Positions 44,841 to 54,379 of a stretch of 64,000 nucleotides of DNA are shown piece by piece; within the stretch, counting starts at the first letter, position 1; every line of letters starts with the position of its first letter. This stretch comes from Chlamydiales bacterium (GTDB lineage Bacteria; Chlamydiota; Chlamydiia; Chlamydiales; JAAKFR01), in assembly GCA_022601445.1 (NCBI GenBank), contig JAJACP010000009.1, positions 598 through 64,597 of the forward strand, in the 5' to 3' direction. Below the pieces are notes generated by a model, which was not told the DNA's origin, ran no database searches, and saw only the letters and a list, made by a program, of their open reading frames with translations. The position numbers were made by a program, and so were the translations under genes.

Positions 44841-45284
44841 ATGGAAGGTGGTTGTTGTAGTCATAAAGGTAGCTCTCACGGGGCCGCTCCCTTTTTTGGA
44901 CGTCTCTTGATTAGTCTTATTTTTATTTTGGCAGGCTTAGGCAAAGTCGTGGATTTCCAGGGTGCTGTGGACGCTCTGAGAAGTGTGGGCATTCAGGGGG
45001 CAACTGCTTTTGTTTTTATCGGCCTTTTAATGGAGCTAATCGGAGGGCTTCTTCTGCTTTTGGGGTGGCATACACGGTTAGGAATCATTATTTTAATGAT
45101 TTTCTTGTTCCCCACAACATTGATTTTTCATGGGTTTTGGAGCTATACTGGGGCAGAAATGGCGCTTCAGCTTTCGATCTTCTTGAAAAACTTGACGATC
45201 TACGGCGGGCTTTTGGCTTTCTATAGTTACGGGCCAGGTCGGTGGAGCCTAGACGCATGTCGAGCCTGTGAAAAAGAGACATGA
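44841..45284 (+). CDS. DoxX family membrane protein
   Basis: ATG at 44841 is preceded by the strong SD gtggaggag. Four TM with a DoxX-like pattern (GRLLISLIFILAGLGKV...). ATGA overlap with lnt. Confidence 0.75.
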   Translation: MEGGCCSHKGSSHGAAPFFGRLLISLIFILAGLGKVVDFQGAVDALRSVGIQGATAFVFIGLLMELIGGLLLLLGWHTRLGIIILMIFLFPTTLIFHGFWSYTGAEMALQLSIFLKNLTIYGGLLAFYSYGPGRWSLDACRACEKET

Positions 45285-46933
45285 AGCGGACGCAGCCACT
45301 CTATTTTTTCGCCTCTTTTCTCTTAGTTGCCTCTGCACAACCTGACTGGAGTGTTCTTGCCTGTTTGGCCACATCAGCATTTGGGTATGCCCTTTTCTGG
45401 AAAGGGATGCTGCGTACACAAGGGCAAAAAAAACGGCTGCTCTCAGGGATCATTTGGTTTGCTGCCATTCAAGCTGTTCAATTGAGCTGGTTGGCAACGG
45501 ATCGGTACGTCGGACTCTTTATTTACGGCTTTTTCACTTTTTTAGTACTGGCCATTGGTGTGCAGTTTGGCTTGATCTGTTTACTTGTAAAAGACAACAA
45601 TCTGTCTGCAACGCGCATCCTTGGAATCAGTGGGGGGTGGGCTCTGTGCGAGTGGGCGCGTCTCTACTTCTTCTCCGGCTACACCTGGAATCCGTCAGGG
45701 ATGGCTCTAAGTGGGACCTTGTATGGAATGCAGCTTGCCTCTGTAGTGGGTGTCTTTGGAATGAGTTTCTGGATCTTTTTGACCAACCTTTTTGCTCTCA
45801 AGTGGCTCACATCCTTTACCTGGCAGCGTTTTACCTTGTGGACAATAGTTGCACTTACGCCCTATCTTTTTGGTTGGATGCACATCACTTATCACGACAA
45901 GCAGATGGCTGCAGACTCTGATCACCTCAATGCGCTTCTCGTTCAGACATCGATCTATCCTGAGTATAAGCTCCCTCTAAACGGTTCTGAGCCGCTCTCG
46001 CCCCACCAGCAATGGGAGCGCATTTTAACCCTTCTGTTGCCCTACTCAGAGGCTCAGCCCGACCTCATTGTGGTCTCAGAAGGAGCTGTGCCCTATGGAG
46101 CTCATCAGCGCATTTACTCTCAAAAAAGTATTGAAGCCTCTTTTCATGCATTGTTTGGAGGGGCAAAGTCCTATCCGATTGAGGAAGAAGATTACGTAGC
46201 GAATGCTTTTTGGGGCAAAGCGCTTGCAGATCAATTTGGCGCAGATGTTGTGGTGGGATTAGAAGATTTTATTTGGGAAGAGGACCGTGCTTACAACGCC
46301 GCTTTTCTCTTTTCTCCCCAATCAGATCAGGTTCAGAGGTATGAAAAGCGTATTTTGTTACCCATGGGAGAGTACATTCCTTTCAATTGGTGCCGCACGT
46401 TTCTGGCCCGATATGGAATCCAGGATTCCTATACTCCAGGAACTGAAGCCAAACTTTTGCACGCAAAGAGGGCGTCTTTAAGCCTTTCAATCTGTTACGA
46501 AGAGACGTTTGGCCACTTGATGCGCGAAAACCGCCTCTTGGGAGGAGGTCTGCTTATCAATCTTTCCAATGATGTCTGGTACCCGCGCTCTCGTCTTCCC
46601 ATGGTCCACTTTGCTCATGGAAGGCTGCGTGCGGTTGAAGCAGGCGTTCCGCTCTTACGCTCATGTAACACAGGGGTCACGTGTGGAGTGGATAGTATTG
46701 GCAGGGTGTTGGGCATGCTTGGATTCGAAAATGCGCAGGATTATGCGCCGGCAGAAACGCTCTCCCTTTCAGTCCCCCTCTATCAGTATCCCACCTTTTA
46801 TACCCGCTTTGGTAATGGGCCTGTAATTGTCCTTTCGACCTTCTATTTGAGCCTACTTGTGCTTGGAAGGCTTTTTAAAAGAAAGCCATTCTCTTTAAAA
46901 GATTTAGGTGTTTCTCTCTTGCGTAAAAACTGA
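45281..46933 (+). CDS. lnt: Apolipoprotein N-acyltransferase
   Basis: 550 aa. N-terminal multi-TM domain and a C-terminal nitrilase-fold domain with catalytic E (VVSEGA), K, and C (LSICYEETF). Confidence 0.88.
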   Translation: MKRTQPLYFFASFLLVASAQPDWSVLACLATSAFGYALFWKGMLRTQGQKKRLLSGIIWFAAIQAVQLSWLATDRYVGLFIYGFFTFLVLAIGVQFGLICLLVKDNNLSATRILGISGGWALCEWARLYFFSGYTWNPSGMALSGTLYGMQLASVVGVFGMSFWIFLTNLFALKWLTSFTWQRFTLWTIVALTPYLFGWMHITYHDKQMAADSDHLNALLVQTSIYPEYKLPLNGSEPLSPHQQWERILTLLLPYSEAQPDLIVVSEGAVPYGAHQRIYSQKSIEASFHALFGGAKSYPIEEEDYVANAFWGKALADQFGADVVVGLEDFIWEEDRAYNAAFLFSPQSDQVQRYEKRILLPMGEYIPFNWCRTFLARYGIQDSYTPGTEAKLLHAKRASLSLSICYEETFGHLMRENRLLGGGLLINLSNDVWYPRSRLPMVHFAHGRLRAVEAGVPLLRSCNTGVTCGVDSIGRVLGMLGFENAQDYAPAETLSLSVPLYQYPTFYTRFGNGPVIVLSTFYLSLLVLGRLFKRKPFSLKDLGVSLLRKN

Positions 46934-46975
46934 GGTTTAGTTAAAGTCCCCCCTTCATTTTTTGTTGGTATCATC

Positions 46976-47824
46976 ATGAAATCGCGTCCCCAGAGGACTC
47001 TGCAAAAGCATGTTTCTTTTTCTGGAGTAGGCATTCACACAGGCAAAGAGGTGACAATCCGGTTTTGTCCGGCACCTGTCGATAGTGGGATTGTTTTTCA
47101 ACGAATTGATCTTCCTGGTCAGCCGACCATTCCTGCTGCAATTGAATATGTGCAAGATACATCGAGAAGCACGCGGATTGGAGTTGGGTCTGCTTCGGTG
47201 CAAACAGTAGAACATGTTTTAGCGGCTCTCTACGCCTTTCAAATCGATAATTTGTGTGTTCAGGTGAGTGAAGGAGAGCCGCCAGTAGGAGATGGGAGCT
47301 CGTTGCCTTTTGTGCACTTGATTGAGGAAGCAGGGATTGCTCAGCAGTCAGCGACTAAAACGATTCACCCCTTAAAAGAGCCTCTCTATTACTCTCATGG
47401 TGATACGCATTTAGTGGCTCTGCCTGCAGATGAGTACCGGATTAGCTATACGCTACACTATCCCAACACTTCCGTGATCCGCTCGCAGTATTTTTCTTGC
47501 ATTGTGAATGAAGAAAGTTTTAAAACTGAGGTCAGTAGTTGTCGCACCTTTGCCCTTTACGAGGAGATTACAGCCCTAATGGAGCGGGGGTTGATCCGAG
47601 GGGGCAGCTTAGAAAATGCCGTTGTGATTAAAGATGATGTTGTTTTCAGTAAAGAGGGCCTAAGGTTTCCCGATGAGATGGTGCGGCACAAAACACTCGA
47701 TTTAATTGGGGACCTATCCCTTGTAGGATTTCCTTTTCAGGCTCATGTGCTCGCCGTTCGTTCTGGGCATCGCGCCAATGTTGAGCTAGGAAAAGAATTT
47801 ATTAAGCACTTTGCTTCGTATTAG
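46976..47824 (+). CDS. lpxC: UDP-3-O-acyl-N-acetylglucosamine deacetylase
   Basis: 282 aa. GVGIHTGK, TVEHVLAAL and HKTLDLIGDL motifs. Confidence 0.95.
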   Translation: MKSRPQRTLQKHVSFSGVGIHTGKEVTIRFCPAPVDSGIVFQRIDLPGQPTIPAAIEYVQDTSRSTRIGVGSASVQTVEHVLAALYAFQIDNLCVQVSEGEPPVGDGSSLPFVHLIEEAGIAQQSATKTIHPLKEPLYYSHGDTHLVALPADEYRISYTLHYPNTSVIRSQYFSCIVNEESFKTEVSSCRTFALYEEITALMERGLIRGGSLENAVVIKDDVVFSKEGLRFPDEMVRHKTLDLIGDLSLVGFPFQAHVLAVRSGHRANVELGKEFIKHFASY

Positions 47825-47830
47825 GAGAGT

Positions 47831-48301
47831 TTGATGGAGAAGTATGCAGTCGAAACACCCGTGCTCTTCGACACAAAAAAAATTCTTGAGATTTTGCCAC
47901 ATCGTTACCCTTTTCTTCTTGTCGATAAGATCATTGAAATCGACTTGGAGAAGCCCTCAATTTTGGGGCAAAAAAACGTCACGATGAATGAATCATTTTT
48001 TCAGGGACACTTTCCCGACGCACCCATTATGCCAGGCGTACTCATTCTAGAGGCGTTAGCGCAGACCGGAGGTGTTCTCATTCATCAAAAAGGGTTTATG
48101 GATAAAATTGCTCTGTTTTTGACTGTGAATCAGGTGAAATTTCGCAATCCTGTGAAGCCTGGAGATGTACTCTTTCTCTACTGCGAGGGGACAGTATTTA
48201 GTAGTAAAGGTGGTCGTGTCAAAACAAAGGCAATGGTAGGCTCAAAAGTAGCTGCCGAAGCTGAAATGGGTTTTGCGCTTGTGAACAAGGAACAAATCTA
48301 A
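47831..48301 (+). CDS. fabZ: 3-hydroxyacyl-ACP dehydratase FabZ
   Basis: 156 aa. [32 protein letters not shown]. Confidence 0.95.
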   Translation: MMEKYAVETPVLFDTKKILEILPHRYPFLLVDKIIEIDLEKPSILGQKNVTMNESFFQGHFPDAPIMPGVLILEALAQTGGVLIHQKGFMDKIALFLTVNQVKFRNPVKPGDVLFLYCEGTVFSSKGGRVKTKAMVGSKVAAEAEMGFALVNKEQI

Positions 48302-48314
48302 TAGCCGGAGAACT

Positions 48315-49196
48315 ATGACCAAATCAAATATCCACCCGACAGCGATCATCGAAGAGGGGGCTATCATTGGAGAGAACGTCACTGTAGAGGCGTATGCCAT
48401 TATCAAGGAGCACGTGACACTCGAAGACAATGTAACAATCAAATCACATGTCTATATCGATGGCTACACGCGGATTGGCGATGGAACGACCATTTGGCCC
48501 TCAGCCAGCATTGGAACAAAGACTCAAGATTTAAAGTATCGTGGGGAAAAAACCTACGTCACGATTGGAAAAAATTGTGAAATCCGTGAATTTACCACGA
48601 TTAATAGCTCGACTTTTGAAGGAACCACTGTTGAAGTGGGAGATCGTTGTCTCATTATGGCCTACTGCCACATTGCGCATAACTGTAGCGTTGGAAACGA
48701 TGTGATCATGAGCAATAATTCCCTTTTAGCTGGGCATGTCATCGTAGAAGACTTTGCGATCATCGGAGGGATGACCCCTGTTCATCAGTTTGCTCGTATT
48801 GGTTGCCATGCCATGGTGGGAGGGATGAGCCGTGTCACAAATGATGTCCCTCCCTACACTGTGGGTGGTGGCATTCCTTATGCAATGGGAGGAATTAATC
48901 GCATCGGCTTGAAACGGCGCCATTTTCCGTTTGAAACGCGCAAAGCGTTGGCAGCTGCCTACCGTATTGTGTATCGCTCCGGCCTCCATCTGACAGAAGC
49001 TTTAGACCAGGTCGAAGCGGAGATTGAGCAATTTCCCGAGGTAGAGCACTTTGTGCGCTTCTGCCGAGCCACTAAGCGTGGGCTCATTGGGATGCAAAGA
49101 GGACATCAAAAGAGTACAACGAAACGAGTTGGCATTGCGGATGATGGAGAGTCTTTAGAATCGAGTCGTGATCTCCTTGTAGAAATGGGAATGTAG
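48315..49196 (+). CDS. lpxA: Acyl-ACP--UDP-N-acetylglucosamine O-acyltransferase
   Basis: 293 aa. Left-handed beta-helix hexapeptide repeats, IHPTAII start and an LpxA C-terminal helical domain. Slightly extended C-terminus. Confidence 0.92.
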   Translation: MTKSNIHPTAIIEEGAIIGENVTVEAYAIIKEHVTLEDNVTIKSHVYIDGYTRIGDGTTIWPSASIGTKTQDLKYRGEKTYVTIGKNCEIREFTTINSSTFEGTTVEVGDRCLIMAYCHIAHNCSVGNDVIMSNNSLLAGHVIVEDFAIIGGMTPVHQFARIGCHAMVGGMSRVTNDVPPYTVGGGIPYAMGGINRIGLKRRHFPFETRKALAAAYRIVYRSGLHLTEALDQVEAEIEQFPEVEHFVRFCRATKRGLIGMQRGHQKSTTKRVGIADDGESLESSRDLLVEMGM

Positions 49197-49199
49197 GCC

Positions 49200-50129
49200 A
49201 TGCGGGTTGTTTTTTTTGGAACCCCTGACTTTGCCGCCTCCATTTTAACCTATTTGATCCAGCAGCCCGTTGAGATTGTAGCTGTGGTCTCTCGCCCTGA
49301 CAAGGCCAAGGGGCGCTCTAAAACACTCAGGCCAACTGCTGTCAAGAGAGTGGCAGAGGCCCACGGCCTTCCTGTTTTTCAACCTAAAAAAGCCTCCGAT
49401 CCAGAGTTTGCAGAGCTTCTTAAAACCTTTAAAGCCGATCTGTTTGTGGTCGCCGCTTACGCCGAGATTCTGCGAGAAAATATTTTAGAAATTCCTCCGC
49501 TTGGTTGTCTCAATGTACATGGGAGTCTTTTGCCTAAGTACCGAGGGGCGGCTCCCGTTCAGCGGGCTCTAATGGCAGGAGAAAAGGAGACCGGCGTCTC
49601 GATCATGAAAATGGTTCTAGAGATGGATGCTGGAGATGTTTATTCCATGACAAAGATCCCCATTTCTTTAGAGATGACAGCTGGTGCGCTTTTTGAGGTG
49701 ATGGCGGAGAAAGGGGCGTGCGCGCTTTGGAAAGTGATGCAGCAAGTTGAGCAGGGGAAGGCTCAAGCGGTTCCTCAAGACCACTCCCGGGCAACATTTA
49801 CCAAAAAAGTGAAGCCCGAAGAGGGCAGGGTGGTTTGGTCGGGTAGCGCATTAGACATCCACAATCAGATCCGTGGGTTGACTCCCAATCCGGGGGGGTG
49901 GTGTTTTGTGGAGGTGAGAGGCGTTCAAAAAAGGCTTAAGCTGCTTAAAACGCGTCCTCAGCTAGAGTTTTCCGGCCAGCCAGGTGAGCGTGCATCAGGG
50001 GAGGGGCAGCTTATTGTGTGTTGTGGAGAGGGGGCTCTCGAGTTGCTGGAGGTGCAGTTAGAAGGGAAAAAGGCACTTGCAGCCGATGTTTTTCTTCGTG
50101 GACTGAATGCTGATCATCTAAAATTTTAA
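49200..50129 (+). CDS. fmt: Methionyl-tRNA formyltransferase
   Basis: 309 aa. RVVFFGTPDFA, NVHGSLLPKYRGAAPVQ. Confidence 0.95.
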   Translation: MRVVFFGTPDFAASILTYLIQQPVEIVAVVSRPDKAKGRSKTLRPTAVKRVAEAHGLPVFQPKKASDPEFAELLKTFKADLFVVAAYAEILRENILEIPPLGCLNVHGSLLPKYRGAAPVQRALMAGEKETGVSIMKMVLEMDAGDVYSMTKIPISLEMTAGALFEVMAEKGACALWKVMQQVEQGKAQAVPQDHSRATFTKKVKPEEGRVVWSGSALDIHNQIRGLTPNPGGWCFVEVRGVQKRLKLLKTRPQLEFSGQPGERASGEGQLIVCCGEGALELLEVQLEGKKALAADVFLRGLNADHLKF

Positions 50130-50218
50130 TTTACAGCTATTTCCACTTTGTTATTTCTTTACTTTCTTTATGCGATGGTGGTATACTCGTCCTTTTCACG
50201 TTTACCAAGGATCGTATT

Positions 50219-51256
50219 ATGCCCTCGTGTACTCAACTTACTCCGGCTCATTTTTTTCCTACTTCGATGTGTACGGATCCCAAGAATCGTGCTGCACGCG
50301 TTTTTAGCTCCGCTAACGGACAAGACAAGTTTCTAAAATTGTGTTCAGAAGGTATCATTCCTATTGTGTCCGAGGTGGCTTTCGCTTCGGGGGCCTCTGA
50401 TGAAACGATGGATACAATTGGGAAGGTGCATAGTGCGGTTAGGTTGACACGGGATGTGACAGGCTTTCTCAATGTTTTTCGCGGTGTGATTCCAGGTCTT
50501 TATGTGGGAGGAAAAACAATCTGCACTATGGTTCAAGGAATCTACCGTGGCGATGGGCGCGTTTATTTTGATAAGCCTGGAAAGGGCAGTGTTGATTATC
50601 CTAATGGACCAGATGTAGGAGGGGTCACCACATATCAGATTAAAAGTATAGCATGGACCGAGCAATCAAATACGCGCCATCGAATTGATTGGCCTAGCAA
50701 TGTCAAGCTTGTCGATTCGGATGATGCATCAATAAGCGTCACTCCTAATTATGTGGAATGGACTTCTCCTGCTTTTCCTCACAACGGTTATGCTCAAGGG
50801 CGTAAAGAACAGTTTTTGAAATTAGGGGCGCTCTCCTTTAAATGGTTGGGATCAGCAGCGTTTGCAATAGGCTTCGGGGTTTCTCGTCCTGTTGCCAATG
50901 TCCGCAAGCACTTTGGTGCAAAGCTCTCTCCTGCGGGAAACCAGGTGGCTGATGCTTTTCCCTACATCATCTGTGCCAATCATGTTGCAGTTGTGGCTGG
51001 AGAGTCTTTTGAGATTGCCTATCAATTTGAAGCTTATGAGCGCACGTGTAATGCAGGGCAATGGAGCCGAAAGGTGGAAAAAGATTTTAAAAGCGCTCTG
51101 ACAGTCTCAGTTGTGGACTTGATCACAAAATCTCTCGAACTAATTAAAGACTCTCTAGGCTTTCTTCGTTTGACAGGACCTGCGTGGCTTCGCCTTCCGC
51201 TTGGATTGAGTATTTCTGGGTTAAGCTTTATTACCGTCTGTATCAAAACCACCTAA
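50219..51256 (+). CDS. Hypothetical protein at the Cap1 (CT529) syntenic position; possible divergent Cap1 homolog
   Basis: 345 aa, SD aagga 9 nt upstream. Lies between fmt and rplC. Hydrophobic C-terminal segment LRLPLGLSISGLSFITVCI. Motifs (NRAARV..G.DK, LNVFRGVIPG, YIICANHVAVVAG) resemble Cap1 as I recall it. Confidence 0.6.
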   Translation: MPSCTQLTPAHFFPTSMCTDPKNRAARVFSSANGQDKFLKLCSEGIIPIVSEVAFASGASDETMDTIGKVHSAVRLTRDVTGFLNVFRGVIPGLYVGGKTICTMVQGIYRGDGRVYFDKPGKGSVDYPNGPDVGGVTTYQIKSIAWTEQSNTRHRIDWPSNVKLVDSDDASISVTPNYVEWTSPAFPHNGYAQGRKEQFLKLGALSFKWLGSAAFAIGFGVSRPVANVRKHFGAKLSPAGNQVADAFPYIICANHVAVVAGESFEIAYQFEAYERTCNAGQWSRKVEKDFKSALTVSVVDLITKSLELIKDSLGFLRLTGPAWLRLPLGLSISGLSFITVCIKTT

Positions 51257-51270
51257 TCGGTGGGCGCACC

Positions 51271-51302
51271 AAGAAGGGCCATTTGGGCCCTTCTTTTTTT
51301 TT
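51271..51302 (+). terminator. Rho-independent terminator
   Basis: Perfect 10-bp stem aagaagggcc / ggcccttctt with loop atttg, followed by a run of 7 T. Located 15 nt after the stop at 51256. Confidence 0.8.
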
Positions 51303-51433
51303 GTCTATATTTCTCCTTGTCGTAAATCCCACACCTCTGATAAGCTCTCCCTTTCTATTTCCAAGTGGGGGCAGCAGGTGCCCTTTCAGGATGATAGCAG
51401 CTTAAACTCTCGGTAATCGAAGCTCAAAAGTTC

Positions 51434-51496
51434 ATTACTGCTAAGTTGCAGCCTGGCTAGACAAGGAAATGTAAGCAGAACAAATTACTGCTAAGT
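51434..51496 (+). promoter_or_regulatory. Two exact 13-nt direct repeats in the rplC leader
   Basis: attactgctaagt occurs at 51434-51446 and 51484-51496 (50-nt period). The second copy ends 16 nt before the rplC ATG. Confidence 0.5.
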
Positions 51497-51511
51497 GAAA
51501 GGAAACGTCCT

Positions 51512-52180
51512 ATGGCACTAAAATTAATGGGTAAAAAGCGCGGCATGACGCAACGGTTCGACAAGACAGGGAACATCGTCGTCTGTACAGTGATTCATGC
51601 TGAACCCAATATCATCACCCAGATCAAGAGGAAAGAGTCAGATGGCTATGACGCGCTTCAGCTTGGGTATGGGAAAATTGTCACTAAAGATCCCCGCACA
51701 ATTGAAAAACGGGTGAGTAAGCAGCTGCGTGGCCACTATAAAAAGAATGGGATTGACCCCCGCCGCCACTTAGCTGAGTCGCGCATCGGTAATGTAGATG
51801 ACTATGCAATCGGGCAAGAGGTGGGAGTTACGCTGTTTGCGGAGACCACATTTGTTGACGTCAGCGGAGTTTCAAAAGGAAAAGGCTTTCAAGGTGTCAT
51901 TAAGCGACACAATTTTGCTGGAGGTCCTGCGGCTCACGGTTCAGGATTCCATCGTCATGGTGGATCAACCGGGATGCGCTCGACACCTGGACGCACGCTT
52001 CCCGGTCAGAAAAAGGCCGGTCAAATGGGTAATGAGAGCGTGACAGTACAAAACCTTCGAGTTGTCGGTATTGATGAAGCGCGCAATCTTCTAATTGTAG
52101 AAGGAGCCATTCCAGGGCCGCGTGGCGGGCTGGTTTCGGTCGCTCCGGCTACGAAAAAGAAGCAAAAGAAAAAATCTTAA
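51512..52180 (+). CDS. rplC: 50S ribosomal protein L3
   Basis: 222 aa. L3 signature FAGGPAAHGS..HRHGGSTG. First gene of the cluster. Confidence 0.96.
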   Translation: MALKLMGKKRGMTQRFDKTGNIVVCTVIHAEPNIITQIKRKESDGYDALQLGYGKIVTKDPRTIEKRVSKQLRGHYKKNGIDPRRHLAESRIGNVDDYAIGQEVGVTLFAETTFVDVSGVSKGKGFQGVIKRHNFAGGPAAHGSGFHRHGGSTGMRSTPGRTLPGQKKAGQMGNESVTVQNLRVVGIDEARNLLIVEGAIPGPRGGLVSVAPATKKKQKKKS

Positions 52181-52193
52181 TTGAGGAAAAACG

Positions 52194-52889
52194 GTGAGTA
52201 CTCTGAAGAAATACAGTCTGAGTGGTGAGGAAATCGGGGATGTAGCTGTAGATGCTGCTTTTCTGGATGTCGACGCCAGCCGTCAAATGATCAAAGACTA
52301 TATCGTCGCTCTGAGGGCGAACATTCGTCAGTGGTCGGCTAACACGAAAGGACGCTCTGAGGTGAGTCACTCTAAGAAAAAGCCGTTTCGTCAGAAAGGA
52401 ACGGGCAATGCGCGTCAGGGTAGTTTAGCCTCTCCTCAGTTTCGTGGGGGTGGGATCGTCTTTGGGCCCAAGCCAAAATTCAATCAACACACACGCATTA
52501 ATCAAAAGGAGCGTCAGCTCGCCTCTCACCAGCTGCTCGCAGAAAAAATTAAAAGCTCTCAGGTTTATGTTCTCGAAGATAGCGCCTTTGCTAGCCTCGA
52601 AAGGCCGAGCACAAAAACAGTCGCTGCTTTCTTGAAAAAGCACAACTTGCTTGGTAGACGTGTTTTGTTTGTTGGAGAGGGCGAGTATCACGAGGTAGAA
52701 GTTGAAGGGTGTAAAAGAAAAGTCTCTGTCGCCTCTAAAAAACATGAGGCTTTTAAGAAAAGTGTGCGTAATCTTCCAAAAACCGCCTTTGCGATTGCGC
52801 AGAATGTAAATGGGTATGATCTTGCCGCTTCCTACGGGATTGTGTTTAGCGAGTCTGCCTTTGAAGAATTAAAAAGTTTATTGGTGTAA
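52194..52889 (+). CDS. rplD: 50S ribosomal protein L4
   Basis: 231 aa. KKPFRQKGTGNARQGS motif and conserved order. Confidence 0.95.
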   Translation: MSTLKKYSLSGEEIGDVAVDAAFLDVDASRQMIKDYIVALRANIRQWSANTKGRSEVSHSKKKPFRQKGTGNARQGSLASPQFRGGGIVFGPKPKFNQHTRINQKERQLASHQLLAEKIKSSQVYVLEDSAFASLERPSTKTVAAFLKKHNLLGRRVLFVGEGEYHEVEVEGCKRKVSVASKKHEAFKKSVRNLPKTAFAIAQNVNGYDLAASYGIVFSESAFEELKSLLV

Positions 52890-52898
52890 GGAGAGGAT

Positions 52899-53231
52899 AT
52901 GAAAGATCCTTACGAAGTGATTCAATCACGTTACGTTACGGAAAAAGCGACAGTGCTCGAGCAGCTACACACAGCTGAGAGTAATCAGAGTGTAGAGCGA
53001 TGCAAGACACCGAAGTATGTATTTATTGTGGATCGGCATGCGAATAAGCATGAAATTGCGCATGCACTAGAAGCGATTTATAAAGAAAAAAATGTGAAAG
53101 TGACAAAAGTGAACACGCTGCACACAAAGCGCAAAGAGAAGCGCAGAGGGCGTGGAAAGAAGGGATTAACCGCTTCTTATAAGAAAGCAATTGTCACAAT
53201 GGAACCTGGCGACACCATTGATGTGGTGTAA
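52899..53231 (+). CDS. rplW: 50S ribosomal protein L23
   Basis: 110 aa. L23-like, VTEKA and KKAIVT motifs, conserved order. Confidence 0.93.
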   Translation: MKDPYEVIQSRYVTEKATVLEQLHTAESNQSVERCKTPKYVFIVDRHANKHEIAHALEAIYKEKNVKVTKVNTLHTKRKEKRRGRGKKGLTASYKKAIVTMEPGDTIDVV

Positions 53232-53244
53232 TTGAGGAGTCAAG

Positions 53245-54099
53245 ATGCCTAAGAAATTTAAACCAACGACCCCTTCCCTCCGGCAGCTAGTATTGCCCAG
53301 CTTTGATGAGTTGACGCGTCAGGGGGATCTTAAAGGCTCTAAGGCTAGATCGAAAGTGAAGCCGTGTAAAGATTTGATGCTTCCTAAGAGACGTACGAAT
53401 GGACGGAACAATAATGGCCATATTACCTGCCGCCATCGGGGTGGGGGGCACAAACGTCACTACCGTATGATCGATTTTCGTCGTGATAAAGATGATATTC
53501 CAGCAAAAGTGGCCTCTGTTGAATATGATCCCAACCGTTCAGCACACATCGCTTTGCTTCACTACATCGATGGGGAAAAGCGGTACATTTTGGCCCCTAA
53601 GGGAATCAGCATGGGAGATCAAGTGCTCTCGGGTGATAAAAGCCCTTTTCGTGTGGGTTGTACGATGAGTTTGAAGTTGATGCCTTTAGGGTCAACGATT
53701 CACAACATTGAAATGAAACCTGGACGCGGTGGTCAAATGGTGCGCTCTGCTGGTCTCTCTGCGCAGCTCATGGCACGTAGTAACGGTTATGCGACGATAA
53801 AAATGCCGTCGGGTGAGTTTCGCCTTGTCAAAGAGACATGTCGGGCCACTTTCGGTGAAGTTTCAAATGCAGAGCACAGTTTGCGTGTAGAGGGAAAAGC
53901 GGGAAGGACCCGTTGGAAAGGAATTCGACCAACAGTGCGCGGAACAGCGATGAACCCTGTCGACCACCCACATGGTGGAGGTGAAGGACGTCATAACGGA
54001 TATATTCCGCAAACTCCATGGGCACAGCCCACTAAGGGGTTGCGCACACGTAAGAAGAGTAAAACAAATAAATGGATTGTCAAGGATCGTAGGAAATAA
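53245..54099 (+). CDS. rplB: 50S ribosomal protein L2
   Basis: 284 aa. RHRGGGHKR and [18 protein letters not shown]. Confidence 0.97.
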   Translation: MPKKFKPTTPSLRQLVLPSFDELTRQGDLKGSKARSKVKPCKDLMLPKRRTNGRNNNGHITCRHRGGGHKRHYRMIDFRRDKDDIPAKVASVEYDPNRSAHIALLHYIDGEKRYILAPKGISMGDQVLSGDKSPFRVGCTMSLKLMPLGSTIHNIEMKPGRGGQMVRSAGLSAQLMARSNGYATIKMPSGEFRLVKETCRATFGEVSNAEHSLRVEGKAGRTRWKGIRPTVRGTAMNPVDHPHGGGEGRHNGYIPQTPWAQPTKGLRTRKKSKTNKWIVKDRRK

Positions 54100-54102
54100 T
54101 CT

Positions 54103-54366
54103 ATGGGTAGATCATTAAGAAAAGGACCATTTGTCGATCATCACCTTCTGAACAAGGTGAGAAAGGTGAATGCTGAAGATAAAAAGACTCCGATTAAAAC
54201 ATGGTCGAGGCGTTCTATGATCATTCCTGAAATGGTGGGGCACACGTTTGAGGTGCACAATGGTCGTAAGTTTTTGACAGTATTTGTTTCCGAATCGATG
54301 GTCGGTCATAAGCTTGGTGAGTTTTCACCAACTCGACTGTTTAAGACACATCCAGTGAAGAAGTAG
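54103..54366 (+). CDS. rpsS: 30S ribosomal protein S19
   Basis: 87 aa. [24 protein letters not shown]. Confidence 0.97.
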   Translation: MGRSLRKGPFVDHHLLNKVRKVNAEDKKTPIKTWSRRSMIIPEMVGHTFEVHNGRKFLTVFVSESMVGHKLGEFSPTRLFKTHPVKK

Positions 54367-54379
54367 GATAGGTTAAAGT

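Noticed and set aside
45454-45921. 155-aa ORF in an alternative frame within lnt
   Set aside because: It uses the same strand as lnt but is out of frame, and is Cys/Trp/Arg-rich with non-protein-like composition. The lnt frame has coherent TM segments.
50148-50336. 62-aa ORF upstream of and overlapping the Cap1-position gene
   Set aside because: It has a TTG start and no SD, is hydrophobic and Arg-rich low-complexity, and overlaps the better-supported 345-aa frame.
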